Source: Felis catus (lineage: Eukaryota). Taken from it: a stretch of DNA of 64,000 bases. The stretch is taken from contig NC_058368.1 in the NCBI RefSeq assembly GCF_018350175.1, positions 194,992,001-195,056,000 of the forward strand. The letters are read 5' to 3'. Both the position numbers and the translations under genes were made by a program. This document shows positions 1 through 9,859 of the stretch, in pieces. Every line of letters starts with the position of its first letter. Position 1 is the first letter of the stretch. The notes under the pieces were generated by a model that was not told the DNA's origin, made no database searches, and saw only the letters and a program-made list of their open reading frames with translations.

Positions 1-222
1 GGTAGCTGCCTTCTTTGATTGCAGACAGAAACGAATCCAATTTAAAAGATGGAAAGAAATGGAAGGACATAGGGGGTCTTCATGGACTTGAAAGAGAAGC
101 TGAAAGCACAGGAACCAGGGCAGAGGATTTAGGCAGCAGGAACCAATGGGGCAGCCCCTTGGAGCACCACCTCTGAGCGGAATTGGCACCAGCCCACTCT
201 GAACCTTTTGTCACTTGCCTCA

Positions 223-897
223 AGAATCAAATCAGGAGACTATAAACGCTGGAGAGGATGTGGAGAAACGGGAACCCTCTTGTACTGTTGGTGGGAATGC
301 AAACTGGTACAGCCACTCTGGAAAACAGCATGGAGTTTCCTCAAAAAATTAAAAATAGATCTACCCTATGACCCAGCAATAGTACTGCTAGGAATTTACC
401 CAAGGGATACAGGAGTGCTGATGCATAGGGGCACTTGTACCCCAATGTTTATAGCAGTACTTTCAACAATAGCCAAATTATGGAAAGAGTCTAAATGTCC
501 ATCAACTGACGAATGGATGAAGAAGATGTGGTTTATATATACAATGGAGTACTACGTGGAAATGAGAAAGAATGAAATCTGGCCATTTGTAGCAACGTGG
601 ATGGAACTGGAGGGTATTATGCTAAGTGAAATAAGTCAGGCAGAGAAAGACAGATACGTCTCTCCACTCATACGTGGATCCTGAGAAACTTAACAGAATA
701 CCAGGGGGGAGGGGATGGGGGGAGAAAATGTTACAGAGAGAGAAGGAGGAAAACCATAAGAGACTCTTAAATTCTGAGAACAAGCTGAGGGTTGGTGGGG
801 GGTGGGGGAGAAGGGAAAGTGGGTGATGGGCATTGAGGAGGGCACCTGTTGGGATGAGCACCGGGTGTTTTGTGGAAACCATTTTGACAATAAATGT

Positions 898-932
<35 letters not shown>

Positions 933-938
933 ATCAAA
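223..938 (+). mobile_element. 5'-truncated young L1 (felid/carnivore type): ORF2 C-terminus plus 3' UTR, with a (GATA)n tail
   Basis: ORF 208-684 encodes the L1 ORF2p C-terminal region ([25 protein letters not shown]...MLSEISQAEKD). It is followed by a G-rich 3' UTR, AATAAA near 888 and (GATA)n at 898-930. AGAATCAAA at 223-231 and 930-938 is a candidate target-site duplication (TSD). Confidence 0.93.
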
Positions 939-1382
939 GTCCTGCCATAGAGGATCTGATTGATGTAGTTGAGTCATTAACTCACACCTTGGCCCCCAAC
1001 TGATAGTCCTACAACAGTATTCTATAGAATCATTCCCCAGAGGAAAAGAGGGAGCTTGCAAGGATGGTGTGCAGGCAAAGTAGCAGATGTGAGCTGAATA
1101 TGACCATGGGGGTAAGTATTGGGGACAAAAGGACAAGCCAGTGTCAGATGGGGGGGGGGGGTAAGAAGCACGGTAGAAGGGCAGGGGGCTAGAAATAATT
1201 AAACCAGTTTTAACCTCTTTTGTTGCAAGTGGGCTGGGAGAGAGTGGCAGCAAGACAACATGGTCTCATGAGTTCCATCTAGTGCCCAATGCCTCTTAGT
1301 CTCTAACCCAAACCAACTCTGACATGCTTCAAATAAATGCTTCTGGGTGGTGACTGCTCCTTCTTCTGAACCCCCATCCCAG

Positions 1383-1520
1383 TTGGCTATACCATGAATG
1401 ACCTGATCTTCGAGTGGCAGGAGCAGGGAGCTGTGCAGGTGGCAGATGGACTAACTCTACCCCAGTTTATCCTGAAAGAAGAGAAGGACTTGAGATATTG
1501 CACGAAGCATTACAACACAG
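1383..1520 (+). CDS. GLRA1: Glycine receptor alpha-1, coding exon (exon 6 by human numbering), extracellular domain
   Basis: 138 bp bounded by cag| and |gtaggt; translates (F)[45 protein letters not shown](G). Confidence 0.97.
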
Positions 1521-3257
1521 GTAGGTGCAAGGATGTCCTCCTCAGGTCCCACCCCCAATCAGGGTCAGAGGTCATTTCAAACATTCATTCAATCAAGAGG
1601 CGTTCTTGATGGACATAGCTTTGTGTTAATTACCTCAAGGTTAAGAGAATAGGCTTTGAAACCAGAAAAGTGGCTCTGACCCTTTCTTCCTGGATGTCCT
1701 GGGGCAAGTCACTGAAGCTTAGGCCACACTTCATTGCAAGGGAGTCTGGGAGATACGGTCTCCATCCCAGGTAGCAGCATGCCCAGTCAAAATGAATCCT
1801 ACTCCTAAGGCAGAAGGGCAGAGCTGATATTAGGAGGACATCTAGCAGAGTCTGTCACAGGGGAGCTGTCATTTCAGACAGAGCACAAGTACACAGACTT
1901 CAGCAGGAGGGAGCTGAGAGGTGGCACTGAGGTTATAAATAAGTACAGTTGGAAAGCGTCCCCTAGATTGTGAGCTGCAAGAGGGCGAAGAAACCACCAC
2001 TGTTTTGCTCAGGTCTCTGTTTCCCAGGCACAGCACAGCCTTCGTTGGAAGATCAGACACAGGAATGAACTGGAGTCACACCAGGACTGGCCTTCCCTGC
2101 CCTGCCTCAGGCTGGGAAGGAGCTTCATGGAGGCACAGTGGAAGAAAGACAGTCAATATGCCAGCTGGAGGGCTGGGTAGGAGGCTGCTGTGTGAGCCCA
2201 GCTGAGGAGAGTAGAGGCATGAAATAGGCTGATGACAGATGCCAGAGAGAGGAGGAGGTGAAGCAGGGGTGTTGAGAGAAATCACTATGGGCTCTGGTGC
2301 AAGGAGAAGGCCCAGAGCAAGGGCCGGTGGCATGAGCTCTGGGCTGTCTGGGACAGCTGCCCCTTCCCGTGTAACCTCCGAGGTGTCTCAGAACCTCGAA
2401 AGATACTCTCTTGATCCCTGGGCACGCTGAGCCTTAGAGAGGTAATGGTACTCCCATTAGCAGCCATGAGAACAGTGACTTCCCATGAATCACATAACCA
2501 CACTGACTCTCACATACCACAGCCCATCACCGTTTACACAGCACTTTCTCATTCACTACCTCATTTGTTCTTGACTATTCCTATTGAAGTGAGAGCAGAG
2601 TTCTGTGCTTGTGCTAGGCCCTGTGGTTACAAGCGAGAAAGGCTGATAAGGCCCTGCCCCATGGATCAGACAGTCCAGGGAGCTCTAGAAAATCACCTAG
2701 TAACTGTGCTGCAGTGGACTGGAGCTGAGAACACCCCCATGGGACTGGCTCTGTCTCAGTTCCAGGGATGCACAGGTAGGGAGGAGACCAACTACCCACA
2801 GTCCAGTGCAGGGAACAGAGAGAGAATGATGTGCCTATACACTCACTGTATTGTGTCCTAAAGGCCCTGATGACCGTGTGAACAGAACTGAACTGAAGGA
2901 ATCTAGGGGTTGGGGGGGGGGGGGTTGTTGAGCCTAGGGCAGACCACATTCAAAGCATCACAGAGGAGCAGGGTGCTTGCTTTGTCTGGTTGTGGGAAGG
3001 AGTCTGGGCATTCCAGGCAGAGGCATTAGCAGGAGCCAAAGCTCAGAAGTGGCAAAGTGCAGGACATGCTCAAGGCAAGGGATAGAATAGAGGGGGTCAT
3101 GATTAGGGTGAAGAAAGAAGGGAAGGATGGAAAAGCAGGTCAGAGCATGTCTGTGAAGAGTGGACTAAAAACTTTGAACTTTTCCCTGTAGGTAAAGGAG
3201 ACTTTCTGGTCTGAGGAGAGAAGGAAGGAAAGAAAGGTTTTATAAGAGGAAGTAAGA

Positions 3258-3468
3258 GGGGCCACCTGGGTGGCTCAGTCGGTTGAGCGTCCAACTCTTG
3301 ATTTGGGTTCAGGTTATGATCTCACGGGTGAGTGAGATTGAGCCCCATGTTGTCAGCCACACTGTTAGCATAGAGCCTGCTTGAGATTCTTCCTCTCCCT
3401 TTCCCTCTGCTCCTCCCCCCACCCTCTCTCTTTCAAAATAAATAAATAAATATTAATTAAAAAAAAAA
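3258..3468 (+). mobile_element. CAN-SINE (SINEC)
   Basis: GGGGCCACCTGGGTGGCTCAGTCGGTT tRNA-derived head, CT-rich segment and A-rich tail. Confidence 0.9.
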
Positions 3469-3519
3469 GAATGGCCTACTTAGGCCCACTCTTAGCAACA
3501 CAATAAGGCTGATGAGGAT

Positions 3520-3617
3520 GATGGCAACTGACATTCCTGAGCATTAATGATGTGAGGACCATACTAAGTTCTTTATAGGCATCGTCACAGTAACCAAATG
3601 AGGTAGGTACCATCATG

Positions 3618-3648
<31 letters not shown>

Positions 3649-3780
3649 CCATCCCTACTTTACCATAGATAAGGAAACTGAGACACAGAGCGATTCACTT
3701 GTCTTGTCTGAGGACACTTGTCTGAGGACACAGCTAGTGTGAGCCTGAACCAGGCCCCAGCTGACCTCAAAGCCTTGGTT
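3520..3780 (-). mobile_element. MIR remnant containing a (CAC)n(CAT)n microsatellite
   Basis: MIR core-like motif 'ccatagataaggaaactgagacacagag' and 'cacagctagtg...cctgaaccagg'. Confidence 0.65.
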
Positions 3781-3823
3781 GTTTTGACCTCAAAGCCTTG
3801 GTTGTTTTGACCTCAAAGCCTTG
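3762..3823. repeat. Perfect 23-bp tandem repeat, 2.7 copies
   Basis: Unit TGACCTCAAAGCCTTGGTTGTTT starts at 3762, 3785 and 3808. Confidence 0.95.
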
Positions 3824-3860
3824 TTTCAACCCACCAGGCGAATTTGCCTTCTCACTATAA

Positions 3861-4154
<294 letters not shown>

Positions 4155-4244
4155 TAAAGAGAGCGCAAGGAATTTGTCACTATGTATCTACTACACTTGG
4201 CAGGATCCAGCACTCTGGGGGTGTTTTTGTTTGTGTTTTGGAGT

Positions 4245-4575
4245 TATTGCACACAGTAAACTTATTTGCAGCAAATAAGGAGATCATGGGGAATAACTTC
4301 CAAAGCCATGAGTCCCTGAGTGAGGGTGAATGGGTTCCTTTTATTTAGGGTCAGGATGCATATAGAAAGGGGAGCCTCATCATTTTATGTAGAGGCGGGC
4401 GTAAGGTTGAGCATGTGCCTTAAGGAAACATGCCAATACGTGTATTATGTGAATGAGGCTTGTGCTCCCCCTTGGGTGGAGATTTTAGTATTAAAATGAG
4501 GGAAAGGTAATGGTAGGTCACTCCACAGGTCACTCCATGGTCCATCTCCACAGACATGAATCAGGGGTTGAAGCC
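4245..4575 (-). mobile_element. Possible ERV1-type LTR fragment
   Basis: The motif 'cttgggtggagattttagtattaaaatgag' resembles antisense ERV1 LTRs from memory. Boundaries are uncertain. Confidence 0.35.
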
Positions 4576-4576
4576 C

Positions 4577-4790
4577 AACTAGGATCCAGCATTCTGATCC
4601 AGCAGACCTCTCCTCCAGATGTGCATTATGTTGTATACAGTTACCAGACAACACAGTTTGCTCCATTCCCTGCCAACATTGCACACACGTCCTGCTTCAC
4701 TTACTGTTAATGCTCAACTCCACTTCCTCCTCCATTCACTTTTAGTGCTAAATGCAACACCCCACTTCTTTCACCAGTAACAGTAGATAC
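4577..4790. repeat. Degenerate ~35-bp tandem array, block A
   Basis: Units resembling ACTAGACACAACATTCTGCTCCATTCACTGTTAAC. Confidence 0.6.
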
Positions 4791-4794
4791 TTGG

Positions 4795-5372
4795 TGTTGG
4801 GTGTCTCCAAGACCATCCCTACATTCAGAGATTTGATACGACTCACAGGACTCAGCATAGCACTGTACTCACAACTAAGATTTCTTACGGTGACGTATTA
4901 AGGACATAAGCTAGGTGATAAAGGGAAAAGACACAGGCAGAGTCTGGAGGAATCCATGTGCAAGCTTCCTTGTTTTCTCCCTCCCACGAGAGGGACCACA
5001 CGGAGTACATTCTTACCCCAACAATACAAAAGCAGTCACGTGTGTGAGATGTTTCTGCCCAGAGAGGCAGAGAAATTGCTTTGAGATTCTTTTAAGATTC
5101 TGTACCAGTGTTTTTTCTTGGGTGCTCGTCACATGCTCTGCCTAGCACATACGAAAATTCCAGACTCCCAGGAGGAAAGGAAATGTTCAGCATAAACCAT
5201 ATCGTCTGTATAGGCATTCTCTGCACAGCAAGGCCCCCTGATCAGTTAGGGGAAGTGGGAACATTCCCCAAATCCAAGTTCCCAGATGTCAACCAAGGGC
5301 CAATCTTACAAGCACGTCTTTCGAAGGATAGCAGCGTCATCTTAAAACTCATACGTTAACACTTTTCTGCCC
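4795..5372. mobile_element. MER21-like solo LTR
   Basis: Begins TGTTGGGTGTCTCCAAGACCA. It contains 'ctcacaggactcagcatag', 'aaaattccagactccca' and 'aatccaagttcccagatg', and ends 'gttaacacttttctgc'. This matches my recollection of the MER21B consensus. Confidence 0.8.
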
Positions 5373-6025
5373 CTATTTCTTACATTTCTAATGTGCAACA
5401 ACACATCCCGTCACTTTCACTGTTCACGCTTGAGCCACAGTCTGCTCCGTTCACTATTACCACTAGACACAGCATTTCACTCCATTCACCATTAAAGCCG
5501 GATACACGTTCTGCTCCATTCACTCTGTACTAGACACAACATTCTGCTCCATTCTTCTAACACCAGACACGGCATTCCACTTCATTCATTACCGACACCA
5601 CACACTAATTCTCCTCCAGTCACCCTTACAATAAATGCAACATTCTGTTCCTTTCACTGCTAACACCAGACCTCACATTCTGCTTAATTCACTTTTAACA
5701 CTAGACATAATGTTCTGCTTCATTTACAATTAACGCCAGACACCACATACTCCTCCAGTCACCCATTCGTGAGGTACAACATTCTGCTGCCTTCACTATG
5801 AATGCTTGATGCCTCATTCTGCTTTACTCTCTTTTAATGCCTAGACACTGCATTCTACTCCGTTCACTACTATCGTTTGTGCCGCGTTCTGCCTTAATCA
5901 CTCAACAGCAGACAAAACATTCAGCTCCACCGTTAATGCCAGACTCCATGTTTGGCTCCCTTCAGCCTTATGCTAAATGCAACACTGCACCATTTCCGAT
6001 TAAGGCCTCACTTAGCGTTCTGTTT
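5373..6025. repeat. Degenerate ~35-bp tandem array, block B (best preserved)
   Basis: 'ctagacacaacattctgctccattcact'-like units recur at about 35-bp spacing, e.g. near 5463, 5530 and 5701. Confidence 0.85.
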
Positions 6026-7430
6026 TGATATAGAAAGGTTGGAAGACTATACAATGAGCGCTTGAATACCCTTCACCTGGATTCCAACTATTGTCATCTT
6101 GCCACATTTACTTTAGCTCTCTCTATACACAGGTAGGTGGGTAGGTAGGTAGGTGGGTGGGTAGGTAGGTAGGTGGGTGGGTAGGTAGGTAGGTAGGTGG
6201 GTAGGTAGGTAGGTGGTAGGTAGGTAGGTGGGTAGGTAGGTAGGTGGGTGGGTAGGTAGGTAGGTGGGTAGGTAGGTAGGTGGTAGGTAGGTAGGTGGGT
6301 GGGTAGGTAGGTAGGTAGGTGGGTAGGTAGGTAGGTAGGTGGGTAGGTAGGTAGGTGGTAGGTAGGTAGGTGGGTAGGTAGGTAGGTGGGTGGGTAGGTA
6401 GGTAGGTGGGTGGGTAGGTAGGTGGGTGGGTAGGTAGGTAGGTGGTAGGTAGGTAGGTGGGTAGGTAGGTGGGTAGGTAGGTAGGTGGTAGGTAGGTAGG
6501 TGGGTAGGTAGGTAGGTGGGTGGGTAGGTAGGTAGGTGGGTAGGTAGGTAGGTGGTAGGTAGGTAGGTGGGTGGGTAGGTAGGTGGGTGGGTAAGTAGGT
6601 AGGTGGGTGGGTAGGTAGGTGGGTGGGTAAGTAGGTAGGTGGGTGGGTAGGTAGGTGGGTAGGTAGGTGGGTGGGTAGGTAGGTGGGTGGGTAGGTAGGT
6701 AGGTGGGTAGGTAGGTAGGTGGTAGGTAGGTGGTAGGTAGGTAGGTGGTAGGTAGGTAGGTGGGTAGGTAGGTAGGTAGGTGGGTGGGTAGGTAGGTAGG
6801 TGGGTAGGTAGGTAGGTAGGTAGGTGGTAGGTAGGTAGGTGGTAGGTAGGTAGGTGGGTGGGTAGGTAGGTGGGTGGGTAGGTAGGTAGGTGGGTGGGTG
6901 GGTAGGTGGGTAGGTAGGTAGGTGGGTGGGTAGGTAGGTAGGTGGGTGGGTGGGTAGGTGGGTAGGTAGGTAGGTGGGTGGGTAGGTAGGTGGGTGGGTA
7001 GGTAGGTGGGTAGGTAGGTAGGTGGTAGGTAGGTAGGTGGGTAGGTAGGTAGGTGGGTAGGTAAGTAAGTAGACAAATCTTTGCTGAGTCATTTGATGAT
7101 TACACACATCATGATAAGCTATCTCTAAGTAAGGAATAAGGATCGTGATACTTGTCACATCTGAAAAAATTAGCATTAATTCAATAATAATTATATTTAT
7201 ATAAATTATATATATTTACCAATTTTATATCAATAATTATTGAATTAGAAATAATTCTGTAGTGTCATCTAATACAGAAACTTTATCTAAATTTCCCCAG
7301 TTGTCAAAAAGCATCATCAGTAAATATGGCGAGGGATCCAATCACGGATCCAATAAAGATTCATGTTGTTCATGGTTTCTCTTTTAATCTAGAACATTCT
7401 CCCTACTGTTGTTTGGTTCTATGACCAAAC
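6026..7430 (-). mobile_element. Old L1 (L1MC-like) 3' end, interrupted by the GGTA/GGTG tract
   Basis: 'tacccttcacctggattcca...cttgccacattt' before the tract, and 'aaatttccccagttgtc...ggatccaat...tcttttaatctagaaca' after it. Confidence 0.65.
6131..7072. repeat. Long compound microsatellite (GGTA/GGTG/GGT)n, ~940 bp
   Basis: Directly visible. It accounts for the low-complexity PTYL/PTHL ORFs on the - strand. Confidence 0.99.
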
Positions 7431-7865
7431 TGTTCTACTGTTCTACTAACTCTCAACGTGAAAGAAGACATTCTGCTTCATCTGCCATCCACAGTAGACA
7501 CCACTGTCTCCTCTCTTCACTCTTACACAAAGCTCCCTAATCTGCCCTTTGTGCTATTAACACCAAACTTTGCATTCTGCTCGATTCACCATAGATGCTT
7601 GAGACCAAATTCCGTTTCCTATTACCACTTGACAACACACTGTGCTCTGTGCAACTGTAACAGCAGATATATCTGCTTTCTTTTCCTTATGTTAGACTCA
7701 ACATCCTGCTCCACTGTCTATTCATAGTCGATGCCACATTGTCTTTCACTTATAATTTACGCTAGACTCAACATTCTGTTCCACTCACTGTAAACACCAG
7801 ACTCAGTATTTGACTCCATTTGCTATTATAGTAATACTCAGCTTCACATTATTCCCCCATTCACT
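7430..7865. repeat. Degenerate ~35-bp tandem array, block C
   Basis: For example 'gctagactcaacattctgttccactcactgtaaacaccagactcag' at 7761-7806. Confidence 0.75.
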
Positions 7866-9705
7866 TTTTTTAAAGCATAAAATTCAGTGACTATATGTCC
7901 ACAAAGGTGCACATCCTCACCACTATCTAATTCTAGGACATTCTCATCACCCCAAAAAGAAACCCCTATGTTCATCAACAGTCATTCTTCATTCCGCCCT
8001 CTGACCAGCCTCTGGCAAACACTACTCCACTTTTTACTTCTGTGAATTTGCTTCTTCTAGACGTTTCATATAAATGGAATAAGATAAAATGTGCACTTTC
8101 ACTTAGCATAATGTTTTCAAGATCCATCTGTGTTGTACATTCTACCAGTATTTCTTTCTCTTTGGTGGCTGAATAATATTTCCCTTGTATGGGTCTATCA
8201 TACTTTGCTTATCTATTCCTCAGCTGAGGGATGTTTGGGTTATTTCCACCTTTTGGCTATTTTAAATAACGCTACTATGAACCTCACGTACAAGTTTTGT
8301 GTGGACAAATATTTTCAACCCTCACAGGGTGTATATCCAGGAGTAGAATTGTTGGGTCATGTGGCAACTATATGCTTAACTTTCTTAGGAACTGCCAAAC
8401 TATTTTCCAAAGTGGCTACACCATGTGATAATCTCCCCAGGGTTCCAATTTCTCCACTTCCTCACCAATGCTTATTATCATCTGTCTTTTGGATTACAGA
8501 CATCTTAGTGGATGTGAGGTTGTATCTCACTGTAGTTTTGGTTTGTGTTTTCCTAATAATAATGTTGAGCATCTTTTCATGTGCTTATTGGCCTATTCTA
8601 GATCTTAGGAGAAATGTCTATTCAAATCTTGTGCCCAGTTTATAATAGAGGTATTTCTTTTTGTTGTTGAGCTGTAGCAGTTCTTTGCACATTGTGGATT
8701 TTAATCCCTTATCGTATATGTGATTTGCAAATATCTTCTCCTAATTTGGGGGTTATCTTTTCACCTGATTGGTAGGGTCCATTATACACTAAAGGTTTTA
8801 ATTTTGATGAAGTAAAATGTATTTTTTCTTTTGTTGGTTGGCCTTTGCTATCATATTTAAGAAACTAATGTCTAATCCAAAGTCACAAAGATTTCTATCT
8901 ATGGTTTTTTCTAAGACTTTTATAGTTTAACCCTAAATTTCGGTTTTAGTCCGTTTTGATTTTTTCATATGGTGTAGGGGAGGGATATCACTCTTTTTCA
9001 TGTGGATACCCAGTTTGTACAGCACCATTTGTTGGGAAGACTATCTTTTTCCCTCCGTTGAATTTACATCCTTGTCAACAAATCCATTGACCATAAACGT
9101 ATTGGTTTATTTCCGGACTCTCAGTTCTTTTCCGTTGATCTGTGTATGTATCCTTATGCCAGTACCACACAGTTGATTACTGTTGCTTTGTGGTTAGTTT
9201 TAAAATTGGGAAGTGTGAGGGTGGCGCCTGGGTGGCGCCTGGGTGGCGCGTCGGTTAAGCGTCCGACTTCAGCCAGGTCACGATCTCGCGGTCCATGAGT
9301 TCGAGCCCCGCGTCAGGCTCTGGGCTGATGGCTCAGAGCCTGGAGCCTGTTTCCGATTCTGTGTCTCCCTCTCTCTCTGCCCCTCCCCTATTCATGCTCT
9401 GTCTCTCTCTGTCCCAAAAATGCATAAACGTTGAAAAAAAAATTTTTTAAAAAAAATTGGGAAGTGTGAATCCCCCACCTTGGTCCTTTTTAAAGATTGG
9501 TTTGGCTATTCTGGGTCCCTTGCCTTTCCATTGGAATCTGAATATGAACTTTAAGCTCAGTTTTGTCAATTTCTGCAACAACAATAAAAAAGGAAGTGAG
9601 ACTGAAAATGCACTGAGTCTGGACATGAATTTGGAGAGTATTGCCATCTTAACGATATCACATCTTCCAGTCTATAAACAACAGATGTCTTCTCATTGAC
9701 TTAGG
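7866..9705 (-). mobile_element. Old L1 (L1MB-like), 3' end and distal ORF2, antisense
   Basis: 'ttctcatcaccccaaaaagaaacccc', 'gtagaattgttgggtcat', 'tttgcaaatatcttctcc' and 'cagcaccatttgttg' are typical antisense L1M motifs. Confidence 0.85.
9219..9452 (+). mobile_element. Young SINEC_Fc with 17-bp TSD
   Basis: TSD AAAATTGGGAAGTGTGA at 9202-9218 and 9453-9469; CpG-rich body. Confidence 0.96.
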
Positions 9706-9859
9706 TCATTCCACTGCCTTCTAGACTGCTTAGTTTCTGATGAGACATCTCGTTCCTCAGAATCACAGTGCAGCTCTTTCTGCCCACAGGTCTTGTCCCC
9801 ATGCTTTAATAATCTCGAGCTGCCTCCCCCAACTTAAAAGTATATAATCAATCTAACGA

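Noticed and set aside
208..684. 158-aa ORF as a functional gene or active L1
   Set aside because: Only the last ~150 codons of ORF2 in a 5'-truncated copy. The CCHC motif appears damaged (RWRGC, LLYC).
5373..6025. ~35-bp periodic repeats superficially like a CRISPR array
   Set aside because: Mammalian intron, head-to-tail degenerate units without unique spacers, and no cas genes.
6094..7176. Two long - strand ORFs (360 and 317 aa) of PTYL/PTHL repeats
   Set aside because: (ACCT/ACCC)n cannot contain stop codons in any frame, so the ORFs are a by-product of the microsatellite. There is no other coding evidence.
8130..8645. 171-aa hydrophobic + strand ORF
   Set aside because: Antisense reading of an old L1; a typical spurious ORF.
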